Positions 9,701 to 19,851 of a stretch of 64,000 nucleotides of DNA are shown here, piece after piece (the stretch's first letter is position 1; each line of letters opens with the position of its first letter). The DNA is taken from contig CAVPXI010000016.1 of assembly GCA_963709585.1 (NCBI GenBank), forward strand, positions 133,063 to 197,062, in the 5' to 3' direction. The translations under genes were made by a program, and so were the position numbers. The notes under the pieces were generated by a model. It ran no database searches and was not told the DNA's origin. It saw only the letters and a program-made list of their open reading frames with translations. This DNA comes from Candidatus Dormiibacterota bacterium. Lineage in GTDB: Bacteria > Chloroflexota > Dormibacteria > Aeolococcales > Aeolococcaceae.

Positions 9701-12478
9701 GTGTCTGCACAACGCAGTTTCCCGGAACCGGGGGTGCTGGACCCCGGCGACCAATTCTGGCTCGAGGCAATGGCCGATGCCGTGCTCATCTTGTCACCGG
9801 TGTACGGTCCTCGCCGTCAGGTTACCGATTTTCGGGTGGACTATGCGAACGCAGCCGCCACCGAACTCACTGATGATCCGGCACTCGGTCTCCGCCCCGG
9901 AGCGCTTGTCGGAACCGGGTTTCTGAACCTCGATGACGAGACGGCGGGTGCACTCATCACAGCCTTCCGCGACGTGCTGTCCAGCGACGTTCCCTGCGCC
10001 ATCGACGGACTGCACTATCGCATCCTCCGCACCGATACCTGGATCGAGCAGGCGCGCGACGTGCGCATCAGCCGGCACGGCAATCGGCTTCTGGTCACGC
10101 TGCGCGACGTCACCGAGCGCGAGGAGTTGGAGCAGGGTATTCGTAGCAGCGAGAAGAGCCTCCGCGCCCTCGTGGACGGCGTGTTCGACGAGGCGCTCAT
10201 GACCGTCGACCCCGCGGGAAACGTGCTGAGCTGGAACACCGGCGCGAACCGGATCTTCGGGTACGCGTCCGGGGAGGTGATCGGACGGCACTATTCGGTG
10301 CTCTATCCACGCGGACGGCCGGTCAGCCGTCCCGTCGAAAATCTGGAGGCGTTCGCCGAGCGCCTGCACGAGGCGTGGCAGGTTCGCAAGGATGGAAGTC
10401 GCTTCTGGGCGAGCGTTTCGATTACTGCCATGCATGGCGACAACGGCGAGTTGCGCGGCTTCTTCTCGGTGACACGCGACCTCACGGAACAGTCGGAGCA
10501 ACGACGCCGGGATCTGCATTTCTCCCTGGTCCGCGCACTCACGGACTGCACAGACGTCGACACCGCAGCCGACACCATCCTGGAGCTCACCACCTTCACG
10601 TTGGGCGCCACGTTCAGTGAGATGTTCATCGCGCGCCAGGAGCAGGGACGCCCTGATTCGACGTCGCGCCATGCCGTCCCGCGGTCCACGCTGGACGCGA
10701 TCGATGTCGCGGCGGGCGGCGCGGCGGGACCGCTGGAGGCGCTCATCGCCCGAGTGCGCACCACCGGCGCCCTGGTCATCGTCTCCGACCTGGACGAGCT
10801 CGGGACCTCGGCGCAGGTTGCGGCTGCAGTCGCACTGGGGGTGCGGTCCGCGATCGCGTGTCCGATCGCGACCGCAGCCGGGATCGTCGGGGTCCTCGCC
10901 TATTTCTTCGAGGCGTTGCCGAGCGTCGAGACGCACACGGCGGAGACGATCACCGAGATCAGCACGGAGGCAGCGAACGTCGTCACTCGAATTCGCGCGC
11001 AAGGTGCGCTTCGGGACGAAGCCCTCCGCATGGCGGAGCTGGCGAGCACCGACCGTCTCACCGGACTAAAGAACCGGCGCGAGTTCGACCGCATTCTGGG
11101 AACGATTCCCCGGCAGCCCTTCGCGATCCTCGCGATCGATGTCGACCACCTCAAACGCGTGAACGACCAGTTCGGGCACGAGGCCGGCGACACGGTGCTG
11201 CGCACAGTGGCCACGACGCTGGCGCTGATGCTCCGTGGGTGGGACGTCATCGCCAGAGTCGGTGGGGACGAGTTCGCAGCCATCCTCCTCGACGTTGATC
11301 CTGCCGAAGCCGCGTCGGCAGCACAACGGCTCAGGGCTGCGATGCACCTCGTGCCCACTCCCGGAGGTCGCTCGAACATCAGCCTCGGCTGGGCGTCTGC
11401 TCCGGCTGGAACCGACCCGATGTCCGCATGGCGGCGGGCCGACGAGTGTCTGTACGAGGCCAAGCGAAGCGGTCGCGATCGCGTGGTCGGGCGCCACGTC
11501 GACGGCGCGGAACAGGTGACCCCGTCCGGTTCATCGGTGACCGAGCTGATCAGTCAATTGGTCGCGGGACTGCCCATCCATGCGGTGTACCAGCCGATCG
11601 TCGATCTCAACGATGGACACGTGGTCGGCTATGAGGCGCTGGCGCGCCCCGAGGGGTACGGCGCGTCCGACAGCGTCGAAACCCTGTTCGAGGTGGCGCA
11701 TCGCTCCGGGCACATCCGCGATCTCGACTGGTTGTGCCGGCGTGCCGCGCTCGGCCAGGCGTCATCGCTCCCGGCGGGAATCCTGCTGTTCATGAACGTG
11801 AGCGTCGCAGCGCTGCTCGACCCGCTCCACGACGTGGATCAACTCCTCCTGCTGTTGGAATGGACCGGACGCACCCCGCACCGGCTCGTCCTCGAGATCG
11901 GCGAGCATGAGAGTGTCGACGACCTCGATCGCCTGCGCCTCGTGCTCGCGTCGTATCGCGCGGCGGGCATCCGCTTTGCGATCGACGACCTCGGCGAGGG
12001 ATTCGCCACGACCGATCTTCTCGAGACGGCCGAGCCCGAGTTCGTCAAGCTGGCTCGCAGCCTGACCATGAATGCGGCTCGCCGGAGCTCGCGGGTCGCG
12101 ATCCAGACTGCCTTGACGTTTGCGCGGGTCCACGACTCGATCGTGATCGCCGAGGGCGTCGAGAACGAGCTGGTGAGCGACCAGATTCGCTCGCTGAACA
12201 TCCCGCTGGGACAGGGGTTCGGTCTCGGCCGGCCCACCGTCGCGTCCGACCTGGTCGACGCCGCGGCTGCCTGGACGGCACGCGACACCCTGCGCCCGCT
12301 CCGACCGCGTCATGGGCAGGTGCGCCGTCGCGAGATCCCGGCCGCGCCTGCACGCGACGGCGCCCGCGATCTGGAGGGCCTGCGCGTGCCTCGGGAGAGT
12401 TCGCGGCGCGCGGGCGATGTGAAGACCCACCGCCTGGTCAGGCGCTCGGACAACGCCTCGTCGGGGAGGGCGTCCTAG
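9701..12478 (+). CDS. PAS-PAS-GAF-GGDEF-EAL diguanylate cyclase/phosphodiesterase
   Basis: PAS/PAC (WNTGANRIFGY, RKDGSRFW), DRLTGLKNRR, RGWD I-site, GGDEF, YEALAR, DDLGEG, AEGVEN. AAGGAGAGG precedes GTG 9701. Confidence 0.92.
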   Translation: MSAQRSFPEPGVLDPGDQFWLEAMADAVLILSPVYGPRRQVTDFRVDYANAAATELTDDPALGLRPGALVGTGFLNLDDETAGALITAFRDVLSSDVPCAIDGLHYRILRTDTWIEQARDVRISRHGNRLLVTLRDVTEREELEQGIRSSEKSLRALVDGVFDEALMTVDPAGNVLSWNTGANRIFGYASGEVIGRHYSVLYPRGRPVSRPVENLEAFAERLHEAWQVRKDGSRFWASVSITAMHGDNGELRGFFSVTRDLTEQSEQRRRDLHFSLVRALTDCTDVDTAADTILELTTFTLGATFSEMFIARQEQGRPDSTSRHAVPRSTLDAIDVAAGGAAGPLEALIARVRTTGALVIVSDLDELGTSAQVAAAVALGVRSAIACPIATAAGIVGVLAYFFEALPSVETHTAETITEISTEAANVVTRIRAQGALRDEALRMAELASTDRLTGLKNRREFDRILGTIPRQPFAILAIDVDHLKRVNDQFGHEAGDTVLRTVATTLALMLRGWDVIARVGGDEFAAILLDVDPAEAASAAQRLRAAMHLVPTPGGRSNISLGWASAPAGTDPMSAWRRADECLYEAKRSGRDRVVGRHVDGAEQVTPSGSSVTELISQLVAGLPIHAVYQPIVDLNDGHVVGYEALARPEGYGASDSVETLFEVAHRSGHIRDLDWLCRRAALGQASSLPAGILLFMNVSVAALLDPLHDVDQLLLLLEWTGRTPHRLVLEIGEHESVDDLDRLRLVLASYRAAGIRFAIDDLGEGFATTDLLETAEPEFVKLARSLTMNAARRSSRVAIQTALTFARVHDSIVIAEGVENELVSDQIRSLNIPLGQGFGLGRPTVASDLVDAAAAWTARDTLRPLRPRHGQVRRREIPAAPARDGARDLEGLRVPRESSRRAGDVKTHRLVRRSDNASSGRAS

Positions 12479-12613
12479 ATGACCGGTCGCCCGGCGAAGT
12501 CGCGCCAGCAGCCGCTCGGGCCGGATGAAACCTTCAGCGCGCTCGTGACCCGGCTGATCATCACCAACAGAACCGAGCGTGCCACCAGGGACAGGATCAG
12601 CCCGACGACGCTC

Positions 12614-13484
12614 TCAGCTCTGCCCGAGACGCACAGCGATCGCGGCGGCGAGCCGCGAAGCAGCTCCGAAGCCAATTCCTAGAAACAGCGACGGTTCGGC
12701 AAGCTCGAGCTCCAGCAGCACGGGCGCACGGTCACCGCCTCGCACCAGGTCGAACTCGGGCATACAACAGCGCGTCCCGAGGCCACGGCAGGGCGTCCAA
12801 CGTTGCCTCGGCGACAGCCCGCTCATCTGCATCCGCCGAGCGGCTCGTGATGTCCTCGACGGCCCAGAGTTGATCCGTTGCAACGCCGGAGGCGCGAAGC
12901 AGCGGGCCCTTCCGAACCGCGTGCGAGAAGAGTCCGTCGATGTAGATGAGCCCGGTTTCGCCGTCGGCGTCGACCGACGTGAGGTAGGGCTGCGCCATCG
13001 CCGTCCGGCCCTCCGACAGCAGCCGTTCCATGTGGTGCCGCGCTGCGACGTGCTCGTCCGGACCGTATCGCGACGTGTTCTGTGCGCCCGACGAGATCGA
13101 CGGTTTCACGACGATGTGGCCGCCGGGAAGGAGAACGTCGCCCCACCGCGACCCGGGTTCGATCCATGTCGTCGGCACCGTCGGAACTCCGGCCGCGGCG
13201 AGCTCGCGCAGGTAGGTCTTGTCGGTGTTCCAGGTGATCACCGCGAGGGAGTTGAGCACTGCCGGCAGGCCGGCGCACCATTCTAGGAACGCGTCACGTC
13301 GACCCGCGTAGTCCCAGGTCGATCGGATGACCACCAACCGGAAGCCGTCCCATCGAACTGACGGGTCATCCCACACGCGAGCCACGGCGGCGATGCCGCG
13401 AGCTTCGAGCGCGGGGATGAGCAGGCGCTCGTCGGCGTCGAGGTCGGGGAGGAGCGAGCACGTTGCGAGCGCGACGTCAGCCAG
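12614..13484 (-). CDS. RimK/glutathione-synthetase-like ATP-grasp protein (frameshift near 12755; probable CTG start)
   Basis: IRSTWDY, WNTDKTYL, VVKPSISSGA, QPYL, YAR(V)DLV, LLELELAEPSLFL. The conserved-looking N-terminus VALATCSLLPDLDADE lies upstream of the first GTG. Confidence 0.82.
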
Positions 13485-13579
13485 GTCGAGATTACCTCCG
13501 CGATGAGCGAAGAAGGGCCGGAACGATCGTGGCGGCCGGGGTGGGCATCATGAACCGGCGCCCGCAGGAAAGCGGTCTT

Positions 13580-13595
13580 TGTACGCCAGCGGACC
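13580..13595. promoter_or_regulatory. Crp-family operator-like box TGTACGCCAGCGGACC
   Basis: Its first 12 nt are identical to the box at 519. It lies in a divergent intergenic region, with -10-like TTTAAT at 13619-13624. Confidence 0.5.
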
Positions 13596-13704
13596 GCCGC
13601 GACGGCCCGTCCTGTGGCTTTAATGAGCGCATTGATGCAAGGCGACCGGTCTTGACGCGAACCTGGGCGCCGGGGTCTCGTCGAAACACAACGATGACTC
13701 GCCG

Positions 13705-14659
13705 ATGGACTCGCCGGTGATGGAGGAGCGGTTCACGACGATCCGCGGCCAGCCTCTCCGCTACCTCATCGGCGGGCAGGGCAAGCCGCTGGTGCTGTGC
13801 CATGGCTTCCTCAGTTCGGCTGAGGAGTTCGGCGGCCGGTTCAGCGAGCTCGGCGCCTACCGAACCCTGATCATTCCGGACCTTCCGGGCAACGGCGCCT
13901 CGCCTCCGCTGCGCGGACGGCACTCGTCTGGCGCCATGGCCGACCTGCTCTTCGACCTGCTCACCCAACTCGAGATCGACACGTTCGACGTCGGCGGCCT
14001 CTGCCTCGGGGCAACGGTCGCGTGCGCGCTCGCGAAGCGGGCCGGCCACCGAGCAGAGCGGCTGGTTCTGCACACCCCGCTGCTCTCCCCCGACCTCATG
14101 CGACGGCGCTATCGAGATCAGGTCCGCCTGCTGAGCCGGCGACCGATGTGGGACGGTGTCGTCTGGCTGAGCCGTCAGCGCTGGATCAGCGACCTCTACA
14201 AGCGTTTCGTGATCGTCGAGGGTGACGTCGACGACCGCACCGCCGACATCAACTATGAGAATCAACGCCGCGCCGATCCCCGGGCTGCCCGGGAGTGGCT
14301 CAACGATTGCCTCCGGCGTGACGATGTCGATGTGGTCGCGTCCCGAGTTCGAGAGAACCCTCATCATCGTCGCCCGCCACGATCGGCTCGTGGACGTGGA
14401 ACGGCTCAAAGCGCTGATCGCAACACTTCCCGATCTCCACGTGTTCACCGACACCGATCAGGGCCACGGCTGGAACGAGGCGGCAGTACACCGCCAGCTC
14501 GAGGTGCTCAAGGACTTCTTCGGCAACTGCCACGGGAACGGCAGCAACGGCCGCCATGCCTCCAACCCCAGCGCTGTGACGAACGGAGCCAATGGCAGCG
14601 CGGTCCACGGGCGTCCTGCCCCCCGAGATACCGTCACCGCCCCGCTGTCACCTGCCTGA
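13705..14659 (+). CDS. Alpha/beta hydrolase-fold protein with a Cys nucleophile motif (frameshift near 14348)
   Basis: LCHGF, PDLPGNGAS, GGLCLG elbow, then RHDRLV and DQGHGW in the next frame. Confidence 0.8.
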
Positions 14660-14808
14660 CTTCCGGAGAGCCCCGAACCGCAGCCGCGCTCGCCTGGCGT
14701 GGGGCCGGGTTGGCGGCAATCCGTTCGCAACCGAGGAGATTGCCTGATCATGTGCGCCGTGGTTGCGAAGCCTGATGCCGGGGCGGGCGCGCCGATCGAG
14801 GCGGACGC

Positions 14809-15574
14809 GTGAGCCTCGTCGACCTGCGCCATGGCAGCGCTGAGGAGGTGCTCTCCTGGACGTACAAACGATTCCGGCGGGTCGCCCTGGTGGCCAGCTT
14901 CCAGGCTGAGTCGATGGTGCTGATCGACATGGCCTGTGGGGTCGTCCCCGAGCCTGAGGTCCTGACTCTGGACACGGGCAGGCTGCACGAGGAGACCCAC
15001 GACTTCATCGACCAGGTCAGGAGGCGCTATCCGATTCGTCTTCGCATCCTTGCTCCTGATCCGGATGAGCTGGACGCGATGACGAGGGAGCACGGGACCA
15101 TGCAGTTCCGCCGGTCGGTCGCGTTGCGCAACGACTGCTGCGCGGTGCGCAAGGTGAACCCGCTGGCTCGGGCGCTGCGCGAGTACGACGCATGGATCAC
15201 CGGGCTGCGCCGCGAGCAGACCCCGACCCGGGCGGAAACACCGGTCGTCGCCGGCGACCCGGGCCATGGGGGCATCACCAAGGTGGTCCCGCTGGCGAGA
15301 TGGTCGCGCGCCCAGGTGTGGGACTACCTCCGCGCCCACGGCATCGACCATCACCCGCTGTACGACCGGGGGTATACGTCGATCGGCTGCGCTCCGTGCA
15401 CCCGTGCCACCGAGCCCGGGCAGAGCGAGCGTGCCGGGCGCTGGTGGTGGGAAGGGGAACTCCGACAAGGAGTGCCTCCTGCATCCCCCGCTCGAGGCCG
15501 GAGAGCAGGCCAGGCTGCGTGGCGTCCGGGTCAGCGTCCCGCTGGGAGCAGTGCGCTCAACTTCGCGGCCATGA
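14809..15574 (+). CDS. cysH: APS/PAPS reductase, [4Fe-4S] type (frameshift near 15459)
   Basis: LDTGRL, CCAVRKVNPL, WITGLRREQ, GYTSIGCAPCT, ERAGRWWWE, then KECLLH in the shifted frame. Confidence 0.9.
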
Positions 15575-16016
15575 GCACCGAGATTGCGTCCCGCGCGTCA
15601 TTCACGAGGCGCGTCTCCTCCGCCGCGGTGATGGCACCCCGTGCAACGCCGAGCGAGACCCCGGCCTGGACCTCGGCGAGCGTGTCGGCCTCGACCTTGG
15701 CGGCGCGGGCTCCGGCGATCTGACCGAGGGTCTCGCCGCGGATCAGGTCGGCACCGATCTGCCGCCAGGTCAGCTTGGTGTCGGTGGTGAAGAAATCGAA
15801 GACGTGGGCCGCCTCGTCCTTGAACTGGCCGGTGGCGGCGAGGCCGCCGGAGGCCAGCAGCGACGACGCGGCGGTGGAAGCCGTGGAGAGCGACGCGGTC
15901 TGCGCCGGGGGAGCGGCCGCGGCGGTACGGTCGACGGCCACCACCGTGCCAAGGGCCACGACGGCAGCACCGAGCACGGCGATGACGACATTCGTTGGGC
16001 GGAGCAGCGGGTGCAT
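15531..16016 (-). CDS. Hypothetical secreted or membrane-anchored protein
   Basis: Signal-like hydrophobic N-terminus; helical GETLGQIAG..GAIT..E pattern. Confidence 0.65.
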   Translation of the reverse strand: MHPLLRPTNVVIAVLGAAVVALGTVVAVDRTAAAAPPAQTASLSTASTAASSLLASGGLAATGQFKDEAAHVFDFFTTDTKLTWRQIGADLIRGETLGQIAGARAAKVEADTLAEVQAGVSLGVARGAITAAEETRLVNDARDAISVLMAAKLSALLPAGR

Positions 16017-16096
16017 GATGGATCCCCCGGGGTGTGCGATTGGTCGCTCACAGCGTAGTCCGAATCAAGCGACCGAGAAGCCGGCAGCGCGGCGTG

Positions 16097-16143
16097 TGCT
16101 AGACTCCATCTCGACCTAGCCCCGCTAGGTCTCTTTTGTGTTT
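16097..16143 (+). promoter_or_regulatory. Extended -10 promoter (TGcTAGACT) and leader hairpin with U-rich tail upstream of rpmG
   Basis: TAGACT at 16100-16105, stem GACCTAGC-ccc-GCTAGGTC at 16113-16131, then TCTTTTGTGTTT. Confidence 0.5.
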
Positions 16144-16157
16144 GAGGCATTTGACAC

Positions 16158-16325
16158 GTGGCCACGGCCAAGGGCGGTTCCGCAATCATCACGTTGCAGT
16201 GCAACGTATGCAAGGAACGCAATTACACGACGGTCAAGAACAAACGAAATGACCCGGATCGTCTGGAGTTGCGGAAGTTCTGCAGGCGTTGCCGCGTACA
16301 CAGGCCGCATCGCGAGACCAAGTGA
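16158..16325 (+). CDS. rpmG: 50S ribosomal protein L33 (zinc-binding CxxC form)
   Basis: Below the ORF-track cutoff. [55 protein letters not shown]. Confidence 0.97.
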   Translation: MATAKGGSAIITLQCNVCKERNYTTVKNKRNDPDRLELRKFCRRCRVHRPHRETK

Positions 16326-16329
16326 CCGA

Positions 16330-16405
16330 AGGGGCGTAGCTCAGCTGGTAGAGCATCGGTCTCCAAAACCGAGGGTCGCGCGTTCGAGTCGTGCCGCCCC
16401 TGCCA
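16330..16405 (+). tRNA. trnW: tRNA-Trp (CCA)
   Basis: 76 nt cloverleaf: acceptor stem AGGGGCG/CGCCCCT, anticodon loop CTCCAAA, GTTCGAG T-loop, encoded CCA. Canonical position between rpmG and secE. Confidence 0.97.
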
Positions 16406-16459
16406 TCACCCACCCAGCACTGCCCGCCCCGGCAGCACCACCAGGAGAGATCACCGTCA

Positions 16460-16819
16460 ATGGCCAAGGCTCGAATCGCGCAGGGCGGCCCGCGCCCACC
16501 CCGGCCCGCCTTGACCGGGGCCGGATCGGGCGGATCCGGACGGGGTGGCCCGGTCGGCTATCTCCGTGGCGTGTGGGAGGAGCTGAAGAAGGTCGTCTGG
16601 CCGGCGCGAGACGAACTGATGCGCATGACCGGCATCGTGATCGCAACGGTGATCATCTTCGCTGCGCTGGTCGGTGGAGCGGACTACCTATTGAGCCTCG
16701 GGGTCAAGCAGGCGGTCACGCAACAGGTGAACAACGCGACCCCGGCACCGGCGGCAACCACCGCCCCGGTGACCACATCCGCACCGGCCGCGACCGCGGC
16801 CCCAACGGTGTCGCCGTAG
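16460..16819 (+). CDS. secE: Preprotein translocase subunit SecE
   Basis: ELKKVVWP motif, one TM helix, Ala/Thr/Pro-rich C-tail, AGGAG RBS. Confidence 0.95.
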   Translation: MAKARIAQGGPRPPRPALTGAGSGGSGRGGPVGYLRGVWEELKKVVWPARDELMRMTGIVIATVIIFAALVGGADYLLSLGVKQAVTQQVNNATPAPAATTAPVTTSAPAATAAPTVSP

Positions 16820-16832
16820 CCGTCGTGGGAGA

Positions 16833-17396
16833 ATGAACATCGCTGTGAGCAACGCCGTTTCCGCCAAGGACGCCCGCTGGTACGTGGTGCACGCGTATTC
16901 CGGCCACGAGGAGAAGGTTCGCGCGAACCTCCTCAAGCGCGTCGAGTCGATGGACATGCACGACCAGATCTTCGACGTCCTGGTTCCGACCGAGGAGGTC
17001 ATGGAGATCAAGGATGGTCAGCGCCGCAAGGTGAGCAAGCGGATCTTCCCCGGCTACATCCTCGTCAACATGGTCATGTCGGACGAGTCGTGGTACGTGG
17101 TCCGCAACACACCGGGGGTGACCTCCTTCGTCGGCTCGGGCAACAAGCCCGTCCCTCTGCAGGAGCACGAGATTCGGGGCATCCAGAAGCAGGTGAAAGC
17201 CGAGGCTCCGACCAAGGTCAACGTCGAGTACGAGGTCGGCGAGAACGTTCGGGTCATTGATGGCCCGTTCACCGACTTCCACGGCAAGGTCACCGAGATC
17301 AACGTGGAGAAGGGCAAGCTCAAGGTGCTCGTCAACATGTTCGGACGCGAGACACCCGTCGAGCTCGACCTGCTCCAGGTCGAGCGGTTGCGCTAG
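16833..17396 (+). CDS. nusG: Transcription termination/antitermination factor NusG
   Basis: [52 protein letters not shown]. Confidence 0.98.
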   Translation: MNIAVSNAVSAKDARWYVVHAYSGHEEKVRANLLKRVESMDMHDQIFDVLVPTEEVMEIKDGQRRKVSKRIFPGYILVNMVMSDESWYVVRNTPGVTSFVGSGNKPVPLQEHEIRGIQKQVKAEAPTKVNVEYEVGENVRVIDGPFTDFHGKVTEINVEKGKLKVLVNMFGRETPVELDLLQVERLR

Positions 17397-17415
17397 CACG
17401 AGAACAAGGATCCCG

Positions 17416-17838
17416 ATGAGCAAGAAGAAGATCAAGACCGTCATCAAGCTGCAGCTCCAGGCCGGCAAGGCGACTCCCGCTCCGCCTGTCGGCACCGCGC
17501 TGGGTCCGCACGGGCTCAACATCATGGAGTTCTGCAAGGCGTACAACGAGCGCACCGCCAACCTCTCGGGGGTGATCCCGGCTCAGATCACCGTGTACGA
17601 GGACCGGACCTTCAGCTTCATCACCAAGACGCCGCCGGCATCGGAGCTCTTGAAGAAGGCTGCGGGCGTGCAGAAAGGATCGGGAAACCCGAACCGAGAC
17701 AAGGTCGGCTCGCTTTCGAGGCAGCAGGTACGTGAGATCGCCGAGATCAAGCAGGTTGACCTCAACGCCCACGACCTCGAACAAGCGACGAGGATCATCG
17801 AGGGGACGGCGCGATCCATGGGTCTGAACGTCAACTGA
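17416..17838 (+). CDS. rplK: 50S ribosomal protein L11
   Basis: [34 protein letters not shown]. Confidence 0.98.
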   Translation: MSKKKIKTVIKLQLQAGKATPAPPVGTALGPHGLNIMEFCKAYNERTANLSGVIPAQITVYEDRTFSFITKTPPASELLKKAAGVQKGSGNPNRDKVGSLSRQQVREIAEIKQVDLNAHDLEQATRIIEGTARSMGLNVN

Positions 17839-17846
17839 GCCACTGA

Positions 17847-17881
17847 GTGGGAGGGCGCCCGGGTGCGTCCGCCAACACCAC
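17847..17881 (+). promoter_or_regulatory. L1-binding autoregulatory mRNA element between rplK and rplA
   Basis: GTGGGAGG-hairpin-CCGCCAACACCAC resembles the L1 target seen at this position in Gram-positive bacteria. Confidence 0.7.
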
Positions 17882-17893
17882 GGAGAGAGTGAG

Positions 17894-18604
17894 ATGCCCA
17901 AACAACACGGCAAGAAGTACCGCGAGGCGGCGAGCGCGATCGAGGACGGGAAGTTCTATCCCCCGGCCGAGGCGGTGAGCCTCGTCCGCCAGACTGCGGT
18001 CACGGCGTTCGATTCGTCGATCGAGGCGCACATCCGCCTCGGCATCGATCCACGCCACGCCGACCAGGTGGTCCGGAGCACGGTGACCCTGCCGCACGGT
18101 ACCGGTAAGACCCGGCGCATCGCGGTCTTCGCGACCGGTGAGAAGCTCCGCGAGGCGATCGAGGCGGGGGCCGACGTGGTCGGCGGCGAGGACCTGGTCA
18201 AGAAGGTTCAGGGCGGTGAGATCGACTTCGACGTCGCGCTCGCGACTCCCGAGGTGATGGGCATGGTCGGGCGGTTGGGCAAGATTCTCGGACCGCGCGG
18301 GCTGATGCCCAACCCCAAGGCGGGCACGGTGACCTTCGACATCGCCAAGGCGATCCAGGACGTCCAGGGCGGACGGGTCGAGTTCCGCAATGACAGAACG
18401 GGCATCATCCACACCGCAATCGGTAAAGCTTCGTTCGACGACGACAAATTGCGCGACAATTTCGCCGCTTTGATGGATGCCATCGTTCGAGCCAAACCGA
18501 CCGGCGCGAAAGGGACGTACGTGAAGACGGTGACGATCGCTGCGACCATGGGGCCTGGCATAGCCGTCGACCCGGTGCAGGCAGCACGACTGTCGGTGGG
18601 CTGA
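17894..18604 (+). CDS. rplA: 50S ribosomal protein L1
   Basis: [41 protein letters not shown]. Confidence 0.98.
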   Translation: MPKQHGKKYREAASAIEDGKFYPPAEAVSLVRQTAVTAFDSSIEAHIRLGIDPRHADQVVRSTVTLPHGTGKTRRIAVFATGEKLREAIEAGADVVGGEDLVKKVQGGEIDFDVALATPEVMGMVGRLGKILGPRGLMPNPKAGTVTFDIAKAIQDVQGGRVEFRNDRTGIIHTAIGKASFDDDKLRDNFAALMDAIVRAKPTGAKGTYVKTVTIAATMGPGIAVDPVQAARLSVG

Positions 18605-18617
18605 GGTCGCGATCGAT

Positions 18618-19850
18618 TTGATCCGGCTCCTCATCGTCGACGACATTGCGAGCACTCGGGACAACCTGCGCAAGCTGCTTGGGTTCGAAGAGGACATCGA
18701 GGTCATCGGCACCGCCGGCGATGGCAAGCAGGGGCTCGAGGAAGCACACCGGCTGCTGCCCGACATCGTGCTCACCGACGTGAACATGCCGATCATGGAC
18801 GGGATCCAGCTCACCGAACGGCTCGCCCAGGAGCTGCCGGCATGCCCGGTGATCATCATGTCGGTGCAGGGCGAGCGCGACTACCTGCGCCGCGCGATGC
18901 AGGCAGGAGCGCGCGAGTACCTGATCAAGCCGTTCAGCCACGACGAGCTTGTCGCGGCGATTCGCCGTGTCCATCAGCTCGAGGAGAAGAAGGGGACCTT
19001 CGCCCGGGCCGCGGCGCCGGACGGCACCGGCGCCCCGCGCGCGGCGGCGCTCGGCGAGGTGATCGTGCTCTTCTCCGGCAAGGGCGGGGTGGGGAAGACG
19101 CTGCTTGCGACCAACCTGTCGGTGGCGCTTGCCGCCGAGACCGAGTCGCGCGTCGCGCTGGTCGATCTCGACCTCCAGTTCGGGGACATCGGCGTCATGC
19201 TCAACCTCGATCACAGCCGGAGCATCACCGACGTCGTGGATTCGGAGATCCTCGAGCCCGAGATGCTCAACGAGATCATGGCGCACGGGCCGAACGGGGT
19301 CCGCGTGCTGCTCGCGCCGATCAGCCCGGAGCTCGCCGACCTGATCACCAACGACCACGTTCGCATGGTCATGGCGGAGCTGCGCAAGACCTTCGACTAC
19401 GTCGTCGTCGACACGTCGTCGCACCTGGCTGACTTCAACCTCGAGGTCATCGAATCGGCGCAGCACGTCCTGGTCGTGACCGCACTGACGATCCCGGCGA
19501 TCAAGGACGCCAAACTGGCGCTCAAGGTGCTCGAATCGCTCACCGTCGACGTGGCCTCCGTGCTCCTGGTCGTCGATCGGAGCGATTCGCACTCCGATTT
19601 CAACAAGGACTCGATCGAGCAGAACCTCCGGCACTCTGTCGGCGCCCAGATTCCGTACGACCCGCGCGTCGTCGGTGAATCGATCAACCGGGGGATTCCG
19701 TTCGTGACCTCGAGCCCGGAGTCGGACATCAGCCGCTCGATTCGCGAGCTTGCCGGCGCGTTGGTTCCTGCCGGCGGTCAGCCGGTCGGGGCCGGGGTCG
19801 CGGGGGCCAAAGCCGACGACAAGCGCAAACGGCGCATCTTCGGCCGCTAA
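18618..19850 (+). CDS. cpaE: CpaE/TadZ-like pilus protein 1 (REC + ParA/MinD ATPase)
   Basis: Intact receiver (IVDD, TDVNMP, KP), [19 protein letters not shown]-terminal KRKRRIFGR. Confidence 0.9.
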   Translation: MIRLLIVDDIASTRDNLRKLLGFEEDIEVIGTAGDGKQGLEEAHRLLPDIVLTDVNMPIMDGIQLTERLAQELPACPVIIMSVQGERDYLRRAMQAGAREYLIKPFSHDELVAAIRRVHQLEEKKGTFARAAAPDGTGAPRAAALGEVIVLFSGKGGVGKTLLATNLSVALAAETESRVALVDLDLQFGDIGVMLNLDHSRSITDVVDSEILEPEMLNEIMAHGPNGVRVLLAPISPELADLITNDHVRMVMAELRKTFDYVVVDTSSHLADFNLEVIESAQHVLVVTALTIPAIKDAKLALKVLESLTVDVASVLLVVDRSDSHSDFNKDSIEQNLRHSVGAQIPYDPRVVGESINRGIPFVTSSPESDISRSIRELAGALVPAGGQPVGAGVAGAKADDKRKRRIFGR

Positions 19851-19851
19851 G

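Noticed and set aside
12475-12682. Small ORFs between the EAL gene and the ATP-grasp gene
   Set aside because: No RBS or motif, and they overlap the true ATP-grasp 3' end.
16330-16460. tRNA-Trp as an integration site for an island
   Set aside because: secE follows in canonical order; no integrase or duplicated tRNA 3' end was seen.
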